64,000 nucleotides of DNA from Rhynchopus sp. YZ270_cl-10 (lineage: Eukaryota), in NCBI GenBank assembly GCA_964035575.1, contig OZ037837.1, positions 1,922,001-1,986,000 of the forward strand. The letters are read 5' to 3'. Below are positions 45,192 through 57,699 of the stretch, piece after piece (position 1 is the first letter of the stretch; every line of letters starts with the position of its first letter). The notes below the pieces were generated by a model, which had not been told where the DNA came from, searched no databases, and was given only the letters and a program-made list of their open reading frames with translations. The translations under genes and the position numbers were made by a program.

Positions 45192-46707
45192 ATGCGCGTC
45201 TTTGTGCTGCTTGCTGTTGTGTGCCTGTCGCATGGCGAGGACGCCATACCTCCTCTCCCGACCCTGCCGCCCACGCCAGAACCTGGCACAGAAGCACCAA
45301 CAAATGTTCCTGTTTCTGCGTGTTTGGAGTCATCATCACCGCTGCATATTTCGTTCAGCAGACCATCGTCCATAACCCTCAAGTGCTGGAGGTTTCAGTG
45401 TACGGGAACCGTACACATCACCTTCCTGCACAAGACAGCGAAGGAAAAGGTGTCTCTCATCAACAGCAACGGTTACGAGCTCATGTCACTTATGGACATA
45501 TTTGACAGCTACACTGACTCGTATCCTGCAAACGGCGACATGCTGATTGCGTACCAGACGGGCGCTAATTATCGCTCTGGTACGATTGAACTCACAGTTG
45601 ACTGGGAGTGTGAGGAGGGCACACCTGTCCCGCCTGCAGTGGGGTACAGCTCAGCTGAGTACTTGACACTGCCGCCTGTTGGGACGTACAAGAGGTTATT
45701 TTCAAATGAAGGTCACAAATGGATAATCCCTTGCACGGGTATGATCGACATTGAAGAGCGTGTGGGTAATGTCTTTACCGGCGCAACGCTCACATTCATC
45801 AGCAGCAACACAACTGTGTTTACACAAAATAGCGAGGGTACGGCCGAAGGCAAGTACGCAGTTGACGGGTACTTTTTTATTGAGTTGGATAACAGGAACT
45901 TCCAGTATCGTGACAACTTCTTTTTCTTTTCTTGGAGTTGTAATGGTGTCACACCACCAGTCCCATCACTGCAGGATACGCCAAGACCTGGCACACAAGC
46001 ACCACCAACAGATATCCCAGTTCCTGCTGGTGACACTTTTGCACCACCGCCACCTCCTGTGAACGCTATGTGCACAAGTGACAAAGACTGTCGCACTGGG
46101 CGGCTTGACCCGAAGGCGACGTGTGATGCTGGGACGTGTGGATGCCACACACAGGGCTACGCACACCCCCCTGGTGTGCCTCTGTGTCTGCCTGCAGACG
46201 ACGTGACAGTGCGACGCGTTGGGGACGGTGACAGACATGAATGTTGTGGACTCGGGGGACGGTGTCCTGGTGGTGGGCATGGTGCGTGCCAACACAGCAA
46301 AGCTGGCGGATGTGCTTTCTGGCAAGGTGAACCTTACTCACGCTCTCGGCTCTGCAGGTGTCTCTGTGGGCCATGGTGTGACGTGCGCAAGCACATGGGG
46401 TGCGTCGTACACGGTGCAGTACAACGGAGTCTGCAATGCTGTGGCCTGCGACGACAGCACCACCCTTGCACTGCAGAACGGGAAGTACATCTGCAAGAGC
46501 AAACCTGAGGACGGCTCGAGTGGCAGCAACGTGGGACTCTACGTGGGCATCGGTGTCGGTGTGCTTGGGATCGTTGCAGGTGTTGCTATGGCGTGTTACT
46601 ACTATAGAACCAAACACAGTCGCACCCCCACAGAACGCACAGCACTCATGACCACGCCTCCAGAGAACCCATTGAAGTCCTGCCATATTTCTGAACCGAT
46701 GGAGTAG
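45192..46707 (+). pseudogene. Type I membrane protein gene (CUB-like/EGF-like/TM), copy 2, frameshifted
   Basis: Paralog of 35563-37875 with a single domain pair. It lacks ~95 nt (copy 1 37287-37381) at ~46212, which shifts the frame before the TM. Confidence 0.7.
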
Positions 46708-49114
46708 AGAGCAATGTAGTGAATAAAGTGCCAAGGTGACTACACGAAGCCAAGGGTTCCACTAAAGGGGTTTTTGTTAGAATCGTCTTTACTCTAGTAT
46801 TACTGTTTACCCTCTATCCCCTTGTGCTCCACCTCCCAGGTTTTTTGGGGGTTTTCGGGTCTTAAAGACTCTTTTTGGGATTTGATTCATATTAATCTGA
46901 ATCCCCCTTGTGCTCCACCTCTCCCCCGTACTTGAGGACGCGGGTTTTTCGGGACTTTTGGGGTTTGAAAAGAAATGAGGGGATCCGATCAGCAATCAAT
47001 AAACAAGGAATAGCTACTCGTGCGAGAGTGCCCTGGGGGGTATTTCATTTTTAGTCAACACATAGTCTTGGACAAAATGCTCGAGACCAACACATCTTTC
47101 ATCATTATCGTCACTTTACTCATTGACCGATACTAATCAAGTGGAGAAGAAGATAAGAAGTGTGAACGAACAACAAACAAACCTTTATTTTACCCTCTCC
47201 CCGTTTACAGTCATTTGAGCATCAAAGAGAAACAGTCTCTCGAGCATTTTTATTGATGGACCCTTGTTCTTCATTTCTGCCTTTGCTCGCAGTGCTTTTA
47301 CATTCCCACCCCCTATTTTCAAATTAACGCACACTGGTGGCCAAGGCCATCTTTCGGTAGTATATTATCTGAATCAACTTTTGCTCGTCAACGCAGCGTC
47401 GTGCACCTGCTTCTCAACGTGCCCATCTACAGCACTCCCTACTAGGCTGGATTTGCTTTTGATGCCACGTCCTGTATGTGCTCTGTCGCTGTGCTTTTTC
47501 TTATTCCTGTGCAACGCCACTTAGCAGTCAAGTAACCGTGCCCCACACATTGGGTGTTTTGCTTCTTTGCTTCTTTGCTTTGTAGCGGCACTGCTCAGAC
47601 GCTACTCTCCCTACCCCTCTTGTGTGCGCTGTCTGTTGCAATGAAAAGCAACGCACGAACAGGTTGCCCACAACTATGATCTCTCTTCCTCCCATGCGAG
47701 TAGCATTTTTTTGTATTTTTGTATTTTTGTGTTCTTTTCTTTCAACGAATTAATTTTAAAGTCATTTTAGTGCATTTATGTGTCCTTCCCCTACTGAGTA
47801 AACAGCGTGCTCAAAGTCGTCTTTGATTCATTGCTGTGAAGCACGCGTTCGGTTTTTGTTCTATTCCCCCCACCCGCTCTTCGTGCATGCAGAAAGCGAA
47901 GGCACTCCCTTAGTTTTAACATTGCGTGCCCCAATTTGGTAACTCTCCCAACGTTCCAAATGCTGTCGAGAGGGTTCCGCGCTCTGTGTTTGTCAAGTTA
48001 TATTATTTCTTTTGTGAATGGCAGGCGACACTTCAAGATAACCAACAACGTGAAATAAGCATTACAGACCCTGAACCAAGATGTAGGAAACCAAGCTTCC
48101 ACTTAAGAGGGGGACTTGCATTTTACTTGCCATTACTTAACTGTATGAGAGAGAGCACATCTGAAGCATGTTAAAGTTACCCTACCCCCGTCCACCCCCT
48201 CCAAGGGAGAGAGATTCTTTTGAAAATAGGACAATAAAACAGAGGCAAGGCAGAGCTTCTCTGCCCAAGTAGTTGCACACTGACTGTCGACGTACTAACA
48301 ACTTCGTTTCTATTTCCGTGTTCAGAACTAGAATAAGAGGCCAGATGGTTTTCAATTCTGTCAATATTTCTGATCCAATACGTTTTGAAACACAGTATGT
48401 ATCTGACTCCGCACAGCAGTAAGCAACAGCGAGGCTTGGGCTGTGTATGTTGCAAGATTTTTCTCTTTTTTGTTTGTGTCCTGTCGAAAGCAGCTGGGAA
48501 GGTGAATGCATGTTTGCCCTCCTTGCGTTCTTTCTCCACCTTTTAATCGATACAGATGTATGTGCACGAGAGGCACATTGTGAACCCCAGACCAGTCATC
48601 ATCCCAAATAAAGTTCTTTCCCCCAAATCTTTTCTTTATTTCTGGATTCGTATTGGCCATGAAGCTACCTACAGAGATGCTGTCGTCCTGCGGCGTCGTG
48701 CATCATCAGACGTTATCTGGGTCTGCGCTATCCCGCAGACCCGAAAACACTGCATGGGGTGTATGTAGTTTCGTGATCCAATGACACATCGTATGCATGT
48801 GGAAACGTTTATCATAGCCGTAAAACTGGCCATGTGTATTATGTGGTCAAAAGTGAAAAATTCCTTCCCCAATGGATTTATTGGGCGTTAATCTGCGACT
48901 ATGCTACCACCTGGAAGAAAGTGCATGGCATCTCAAAAATTCCGCCTGCTGCGGGCAGCACTTGACCCATTTTCATCACTATCGTCCCCTTGTTTTTGCT
49001 TGCCTCTTTGAAGAGTCATGTGTCCACACCCACACCACCTACCCACTGTCAGGATATTCCACCTGTGTTGTTTCACCACCCACCTCAGCGCCCGAAGAGG
49101 GTCTTTCAGCGAAG

Positions 49115-51985
49115 ATGAAAGTGTCGTTGCGGAACCTGAACATCCTGCTTGCGCTGGTCTGCATTGTGATCACAGCCGTGGTGTGCATGGTGATGAGCAT
49201 CACGAGTGCCGACGCTGCACTGTCCGACACAAACACGCTTGTTGAGAACACTGCTGACGAATGCTTTGGCACTGGGGATGCGTCCCTGCGGGCAGCACTG
49301 GAGGACTACCTGACGTCTGTGCAGGAGGGAGCGTCGCAGATCATTGTCAACTTCCTTGAGATGCACCGCACCTTGACGCAGAAGCTGACTGCCGAGATGG
49401 GAGCATGCCCACCTGAGGTGTCTGAGTCGTGGGAATTCATGAATTCAAGGAGTTCCTCAATGGTGAACCAGTTTCGCTTGTTCAACAAGCTGGGGATGAC
49501 AGGCGTTGCGACCCTCGGGCGCAGGGGACAGGGTCTTATGTACTACGAGGACTCACGCACGGTGGGGCGCCCCTTCGATGAGTACCACCACTACTTCAGG
49601 AACAGCAACGACGGCAGCGGCAACGGCACATCGTTCCCCTTTAACACCATTATCAGCACCACAGACCCGTTCACAGGCGTGTTTGCTGCTCCGGAGAACT
49701 CGACGTACACTTCAAAGGACGGCAGCCCAATTGTCGGATGCGACCGTGGAAACATTGCCTTCGACACAAACGGTGCAATGAACTCACCTCGCTGCCACGC
49801 GTACGGATACGACCATCGCAAAGGGATGTATGAGTTATCTGCCTTTTCCAGCGTGCGTGGCGAAGCTGGTGTGCGTTGGTCACACCTGCTCCCATTGGAG
49901 TCGTACAATTTAATCTTCATGTTCGGCACATGGTCGCATGAGACAGTGAACGGAACGATGCTTGGAATTGCCTTGAACGGTCTTGACGTACGTGCCATCG
50001 CACAGCAGCTGGCGCAAATCAAGCTTGGGAAGGGAGGGCCCACGTCAAAGGGAAGGCTCTACACCTGCGTGAAGAGGAACTGGATATATGACGCGACAGG
50101 CATCCCGTCGTACGACCAGGAGCACCTGCTGACTGCAGTTTCGCACGGAGAGTATGTTATGTTGGCTCTTGTGTTGCGATCAATGTAGACTTACCAACAC
50201 TGGAATGCAGCGTCTGGATTGCGCCACAGTCCAACGTTGGTTACAGTCACACAACAAACATCGGTGGGGGTAAAAAACCCTCCTTAGTCTAAGTTTTGAA
50301 TCCCAAAATCCACTTGAGTTTGAGATGTTTGTTGTGGCTGTATGTTGTTTTTCACGTCCACCACTTCCACCACACACACCTCACAGAGCAACTGCCTCTT
50401 CTCCTAATACGATTGTTCCCATTCCCCTGCACGATGTGAACGCAACAGACGAGATCATCAGCTCCACGGCAAGACATATTCACGCCACCGACGGGAGCTA
50501 CGATGCTATGGCCAACAAGACCATTCACGAGTACACGATATCCGTCAACGGGACTGAGGAGCAGTTCTTCTTGCGGTATGTAGCATGTTGTTTCTCTTCC
50601 AGTGTGTGTCTTTTGCTGTGGTACATGTGCACACGTTTCAACTTCCACCACCACGACACAGAGTGCAAAATGTGAATGACGGCTACGGTGTGGACTGGTG
50701 GCTGGTGATCACCCTGGACCGAGAGTACATGCTTGGCGACATTGACCGGAGCACACTTGCTGCACAGGAGCGCATCCGTGACGAGGTTGACAGTGTGGAT
50801 GAGAACCTTGTGCGCTCACGCATCATCCTTGTTGTGACTGTTGTGGTTGCAAGTGTGCTGCTGATGCTGCTGGCACTGATGCTGGTCATCCGCATTGTCG
50901 CACCTTTGGTACAGCTGCAGGAGGAGATGGCACGTGTGGCTGTGATGAACCTGTCGCAGGTGGACGAGACACGTGCCATCAGCAACATCGAGGAGGTGGG
51001 ACACATGCAGACGTCGTTCCTGCAGATGCTTCGCAACCTGAAGGAGTACCGCAACTACATGCCTGCCTCTGTGCTGGTTGAGGATATGACGGAGAGCGGC
51101 ACAAATGACAGTTCGAAGGACGTGACGGACCCAACGTTCAGCCGTACGAGCGACTGCAGCTCGTTGTCCAGGTCTCTGGTGGCACAGCCCTTCCTTGCCA
51201 TACAGAAGCTTGAACAAAAGAAGGTGGCATTTTCTGTGGTGAACGTGCGCAGCTTCTTTGAAGTCTCACGTGACTTGCAGAGTCGCAAGATGCAGACACA
51301 ACACACAGAGTACCTGAGCACGGTGCTGAGTATCACACAGGAATTCAACGGTGTGAACGACGGCTTCTCAGGCGACCGTGTCATGACGCACTGGAACGGT
51401 GCACGCCACTGCACCTCACCGAAGCTGCAGGCAGCGAAGTTCTCGCGCAAGGTGCACACTGACAAGACGGCACAGGAGTGGACACTCTCGATGGCCTTCG
51501 TCTGTGCAGAGGTGCGCTGTGGGAACATGGGCTGCCAAGGCATGAAGAAGTACACCTTCCTTGGCGGGTGTGTGCCGTGGCTGCACGCACTTGAGAGACT
51601 CAACAAAACGTACGGCACAACGATCCTGCACGACAACGTCACGCACTCGTCTGTTGCGAATGCCTTCTACTCCAAGACGATCGCCTGTGTGTCGTACCCA
51701 AAGTTCCGTGATACGTTAGTCCTGAGCGAGCTGCGTGAGGAGATGAAGACCGAGAACGAGGAGTGGATGTACCAGCTGGACAGGTGTCTCGCAGCAAACC
51801 CCTTCAATGACCACAACACTGCGATGGCGCACATCTTCGCAGCACAGTGGGACGACGCTGTTGCTGAGGCGAAGAAGCTTGGCGACACTGACAGAGCAGA
51901 GGTCGAAAATCACTGCACTGCAGCAAGGGAGGTGTGCGAGACGGAGTACCGTTACGCGCCTCGCATTGAGGTGTCGAGTCTTTGA
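49115..51985 (+). CDS. Receptor-type class III cyclase-like protein: TM1, extracellular sensor, TM2, HAMP-like, cyclase-like; 3 exons
   Basis: Exons 49115-50151, 50387-50575 and 50662-51985. Both introns are GTATGT...CAG, phase 2, and restore the frame. Motifs DWWLVI, NLKEYRNYMP, FSGDRV, CGNMG and EEWMY. Confidence 0.85.
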
Positions 51986-52864
51986 GGTTTTGCTGGTAGT
52001 ACACATATACGAAATAGACTGTGACATAGAGAGAAGAATGCTGTGCGTACAAAAGTTCCAAAATCCAAAAATCCAAAAATTGAAACCGCACTCCTACTTT
52101 CCCTTTTTATGTTTTCCCCACTCCCGCAAACAATAAATCAATAAAAACAATAAAGACAAAAAGGAGGGGTTGTGGTGAAACGCACACACCTCGACCTGTC
52201 GGTGAAATGTGGCTCTACTCCAACCCGCAAAAAATACATTTCAATACATGCCTATAGATCGATCTTCCGCATATGTTATTGTGCATTTTTTGCGTCGTCT
52301 GTTTTGCACGCACGCCCTTATTTTCAAGGTGACTCAGCACTGTTGAGGTAAAAGGTTTCTTCTGAAAAAACGTTTCTTTTCTTTCAACCATCGTATCAGA
52401 CAGTATCGTGTCGTCTTTTTTCTTGTGAGACATGCCTCATAGTGGGTGGCGGTAATACGCTTAGTGTTGTATTTTGTGTGCATTGTGGGATTGCAGCCGC
52501 AAAGTTAGTACCTGAGTAAGATCAGGTGGCTCGTACGTCACATATTGTTCATAGTGCTGTTGTCTCCTTGTGCTTGTTTTATGATACTATGATAACACAA
52601 AGCACGAGGTAGTACCAGTGGCGCGGCTACCAATAATTACCGTGTAGTCAGCGTCACGCCTGTTGTCTCTTTGTGCTTGCTTTATTGGTGCTTTCGGAAG
52701 TCGGTCAACGACCTGTCAGCGACCTGTCAATATCGACCCCTCCCGGGGCACCATTTATACGATTTTCAAGAAGAAACGCTTTAGGGAAATGCCGTGTGGC
52801 AAATGTGTTGCGCCTTTTGTGCACATCGTTTGCAGAGCAGGTCCAACCAAAATGATTTCATTGA

Positions 52865-53504
52865 TGGTGTGGCTGAACCCAAAAAAAAGGGTATTATTTA
52901 GCAGTTTGTTAGCACTTTGTTAGCATGCATTTTTGGGGGGGTGGTGTATAAAAAAATTTTTCCCCACGGGTGTTGGAAAAAATTTTTTTTTTTCGTTGGT
53001 GAGCTTTTTAACGCCGGCATTTGCATTTCCGGAATCCGTCCGGCCAGTGGTGGGGTCAATTCGCCGAAATGGACAAGTTCTCGTTTTTGGTCAATTTCCG
53101 CAGTATACACAGTATACACAGTATACACAGTATACACAGTATACACAGTATACACAGTATACACAGTATACACAGTATACACAGTATACACAGTATACAC
53201 AGTATACACAGTATACACAGCATACTCAGGGGGAAAACTCACTTTGTGGGCGCCGCAGGCGCACGGTACGCGTTTTTCGTGATTTTTTCCAGCCCAGTTC
53301 TGTGCGTTCTTTTGACTCAGCGAGTCGATTGCGTTCAACGGTGGGGTCACACATGGGTATGCAAGAGTGGAGGCGCGCCAACAGGGGGAGTGGAAAAACC
53401 AAGGTAAAAAAATGTTTTTATACACCACCCCTAAAAAAAGGGTATTATTTAGCAGTTTGTTAGCAGTTCTTTAGCAGTGAAATTTGCTGGTTTCAGCCAC
53501 ACCA
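52865..53504. mobile_element. TIR element with TG...CA ends, 5-bp TSD and a central 9-bp array
   Basis: TIR TGGTGTGGCTGAA / TTCAGCCACACCA. ATTGA is duplicated at 52860-52864 and 53505-53509. Confidence 0.88.
53101..53220. repeat. 9-bp tandem array (CAGTATACA) x13
   Basis: Read directly. Confidence 0.95.
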
Positions 53505-54240
53505 ATTGAACAAAACAAAAGAAAAAAATACTAATTTTATTTTCCAAGCTACACACACACACTATTCCATTCGATCCGAAAGAGCCCCGATCACTTCGGG
53601 TTATATCATTTCCCTAACAATCGTCGCCTTACCGCTTCGTATGTTGTACCGCGATTGGAAATATTATGGACCGAATTAAGTAGCAAATGAAACTCAAAAA
53701 CCTCAAACGTACCATAATGAGTTCGTCATCATGTCCATAATATTTCCAAACGCGGTATACAAATAAAGAACATCTAGTATCATCGCAAGGTAGCAAGAAC
53801 AGGCTAATATTTGCCTCCGGGAAAATCGGATTTGGGGAAGAATTCTCTGGTTTGTCCCTTTTTTGTTGTTCTCGCTGATATCTTTTTTATTTTTGCGCTC
53901 ATTTGATTCAAATGGCAAAACACTTTTCAAAGAACAAAATATGCCCAACAGCCTTACAGACACGAATGTCTGAAGGCTTGTAAGTTAAAGCATCTCTGAA
54001 CCCTTAATTTTCTCTCTTCCCCTCTTCGTTTTTGTCTGTAACTCCCAAAACCCCAAATTCCCAAATTCCCACAACCCCAAAGTGAACACCTCTTGCGATG
54101 CATGATTGCTGAGGACCCCTCTGTTAACACATCATATCATAGCTGAGGAAGGTTTATCCTAAGAGGATTATGCTCGAGACCTTTGTGAACATTCGTGCGC
54201 AGTGTGTGAAGCAAACACCCTTTTCCCTCTCCCCTTTTAT

Positions 54241-54389
54241 CCACCTGATTTTCATCCCGCGTAAAGGCGCGTACAGAGGCGCGTATAGGCGTGTCTAGGG
54301 CCGCATAGGACCGTATAGGTCCACACAGGCATATACGGACCGACTTTACGCGCTTTTACGCGCCTTTACGCGGGGTAAAAATCAGGTGG
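54241..54389. mobile_element. 149-bp MITE with 5-bp TSD
   Basis: ~33-bp TIR CCACCTGATTTT..CCCGCGTAAAGGCGCGTA. TTTAT at 54236-54240 and 54390-54394. The empty site is visible in the paralogous spacer near 56270. Confidence 0.88.
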
Positions 54390-55519
54390 TTTATAGCCTT
54401 TTGAGCAACAAGTAAAATTTGTCTTGGTACGTAATCTGGGGAGCGTTCAATATCTCAACGTCTTCCCATTTACCTGCGACTTTTCCTCTTTTGCATCAAC
54501 AGAACTGTGTACGTAAGGAACCTTATGATTTTCACTAAGAAGTGTGTCATTGGCGTCACCTTGCAAACACTTCACCTTAGATACGGGATTCTACGTGTGT
54601 GTGTTTTCCCCGGGGACATGACACTTATACATAATATTATGATGAAATTATCCTAGGAAATCTTTTAGTATACGTGAAAACGGTTCTCGTTCTCCCCTCG
54701 CTTCTCCCCCACACTATGTCAATGTAATCCACCAAAAAACAACCGATTAAACCAGCGGCCCAGTGCTTTTGTCTGTTCTCAATCAGTTGTTCTTTGGTGG
54801 ACTTCTGACAGCTCTTTACCTCTGAACAAGATAAGCTCGCGTTTCTTTTGTCGAACATATTTTATTCTCCACCCCATACCCAAAACACAATACATAAACA
54901 TCTCTTTTATAATTATTCTGAAAAACTATTTTCCTTCTTTTTTTTTCTTCCACACGCGCTGGTTTTTTGTGTTCACTAATTTTTATCAAACAGCTTTCCC
55001 TAGTTTCGAGTGCGAAACGTTTCTCCATGTATTGCACAGGAAACAAAATGACAAACAGGTGCAGGGTGGTTCTGTGTAGAGCTGCTCAGCATAACCTGAC
55101 ACCTTGTGTGTCTCCCAAAAACCAAAAGTGTTGTGTGTGAAGTTTTTAAAAGGAAGGAAAAATTAAAATAGTCAGTTGTTCTTTAGTGGGCTTCTGACAG
55201 CTCTTTTACTTTTTATCAATCAGTTCTTCTTTGGTTGCTGAGGACGGCTTCGGTGGTTTTGAAAATCGCGCATGGCCACAGCATACAGCACACCCCTTTT
55301 TTCTTTGCAATTAGTTGTTTTTGTTGTTGTTTTCCACACACCTTGAAAAAGTGACCTTCCTTCCTTCAACCCCTCGAGGATCCGAAAGAGCCCCGATCAC
55401 TTCGGGTTATATTATTTCCTCACAACCGTACGCGCACCGGTGCGCTTCGTCGTGTTGTATACGAAATAAAGAACATATAGCACAGCGGAGCTCATCGGGG
55501 TGTCTACACTAAAGTCATA

Positions 55520-55947
55520 CTTGTCCCCCCATATGGGGAGGCCCTAAAATATGGGGGAGATATGGGGGGACCATTTCCCATATTCCCGATATGGTAGAAA
55601 TGCTCCCCTCCCTACCCTCCCCGTCCCCTCCACCCCTCCGCAGTGGAAGGCTTGGCTGGGCGACCTGACGGTGCTTTCCGCGCCATCAGCCCTCTGATAT
55701 GGGTCATCCTGTGTGGATGATCGGTACCTGAATTGCGCTAGTCGATGCGACGCACTCACGATGCCTTGCATGTCCACCAGTGTCGACGCTAGAAAACGCC
55801 CTGTTGGTGGGGTATTTGTACATAAGCAAGGACTCAGGGAACAGTTTCCGGAGGCTGTGCCCGACGCCCATATTTGATCAAAAACCCGCCGAGATTTTGG
55901 GTCCTCCATATTTCCCCCATATTTGGGGTTTTACCCATACGGACACG
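55520..55947. mobile_element. Degenerate TIR element (~430 bp)
   Basis: Imperfect inverted ends containing AAATATGGGGGA.ATATGG.GGACC, flanked by TA within AGTCATA...TATGACT. Confidence 0.6.
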
Positions 55948-57699
55948 TATGACTAATACAGCTAAGTTTTCAAAGAACAAAATATGCCCAACATCCTCAT
56001 GTCTGAAGGCTTGTAGGCTAAAGCACCTCTGTATCCCTTATTTTCTATGTCCCCTCTTCGTTTTTGTCTGTAACTCCCAAAACCCCAAATTCCCAAATTC
56101 CCACAACCCCAAAGTGAACACCTCTTGCGATGCATGATTGCTGAGGACCCCTCTGTTAACACTATCATAGCATAGCTGAGGAAGGTTTATCCTAAGAGGA
56201 TTATGCTCGAGACCTTTGTGAACATTCGTGCGCAGTGTGTGAAGCAAACACCCTTTTCCCTCTCCCCGTTCTATCGTCTTTTGAGCAACAAGCAAAAGAT
56301 GAACACGTCTCTCGAGCATTTTTTTATCTTGGTACGTAATCTGTGGAGCGTTCAATATCTCAACGTCTTCCCCATTTACCCGCAAATTTTCCTCTTTTTG
56401 CATCAACAGAACTGTGTACGAACCTTAGGATTTTTCACTAAGGAGTGTGTCATTGGCATCACCTTGCAAACACTTCACCTTGGACACGGGATTCTACGTG
56501 TGTGTGTGTTTTTCTCTCGACACTATGTTTTATCATCTGGGGTGGGGAAGCGTTCAGCATCCCAACCTCTCCCTCTCCCTCATCTTTCTACTGCGATTTT
56601 TTACCCCTCCCATTTGTACAGTCAATGGGGAGTGTACGTTACGATTTTAGTTTTGTCAAGTTTTGTTGCGTGAGTTTTTGTTTTCTATTTTTTGTCTTTT
56701 TTTTTGTTGTTCTCTGAAGTGTGTCTGTGTTTCCTCCCGTTGTCAGGAGGGGGTAGTGCAGGACTATTCTTTGTTGTCCTCAGGGAGGTACACTTCCCTG
56801 CCCCTACTCTATACGAAATTGAAACTGCATTTGGTGTGGCAATGGGGACGGCACAAAAAGTGCGGATAAAGTGCGCAAAAGAAGTGCGAATCACCACTCC
56901 TACTTTTCCTTTTTATTGTCTTCTTATTTTTATTGTTTCCCCAAAACCCGCAAACAATAAAAACAAGAAGACAAAAAGGGAGAGGCTGTGGTGACACGCA
57001 CATTACCTTCTACACAAGTTAAACGCTGGCTAGTATATAAATGCCGGGCCAGTGGCTTCCTCATGTTGTGAAGGGTGTTTGCACTCAGCATGAAACAGCG
57101 ACCAACAGTTAGGCCAGAGTTCGGGTCTTCCCAGGTGCACCCAGTGACTAAAGGTACATTGTGAGGGATTTTTTGTATTTTGTTGAATTTGTCTGTCGAA
57201 TTGTCGAGCGAACCGCGTGTCACATTCATTTATCCGTCCACATCAATGAGGGTTGTTTGTTTTTTTATTCTTTTGTATCTTTTGTACATCTTTTAGCATA
57301 CTCTAGGATACCATACAGCTCTTCCACCTCCTCCCCCCCCACACAAAAGAGTGTGGGCGTTATTTCCGAAATCCCAAATTACATTTTTCCTTCGTCCACT
57401 TTACCTCTCCACAACTTCTTTCAGAACAAAAGGTACGTTTTTTTTTTGATCAAGATAAATACTTTGTGGTGGGATGTGATTCAAACGTCTGCACGAGACT
57501 TTGTTTATTCCTCTCCTACTGTGCACTCATCTGAGTAGTGTAGCAACTAAACAAAAGACGAGTGGGGGTTATATTATTTTTTTTGTTATGTGGCACTCAT
57601 CTCATCTGTCCACACCCACACCACCTACCCACTGTCAGGACATTCCACCTGTGTTGTTTCACCACCCACCTCAGCACCCGAAGAGGGTCTTTCAGCAAG

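Larger units (their letters stand above)
35454..48652 (+). repeat. Tandem segmental duplication (unit 1: ~35454-38918 plus 43965-44878; unit 2: ~45078-48652)
   Basis: Gene and downstream spacer are near-identical. Unit 1 is interrupted by a ~5-kb insertion that is absent at ~47750. Confidence 0.9.

Noticed and set aside
53101..53220. Arrays (also 42248-42383 and 61542-61665) as CRISPR, telomere or repeat-protein ORFs
   Set aside because: There are no spacers and the units are not TTAGGG-like. The YTQ/VYT/PTV/VPGYLGTW ORFs are just stop-free translations of arrays inside TIR elements.
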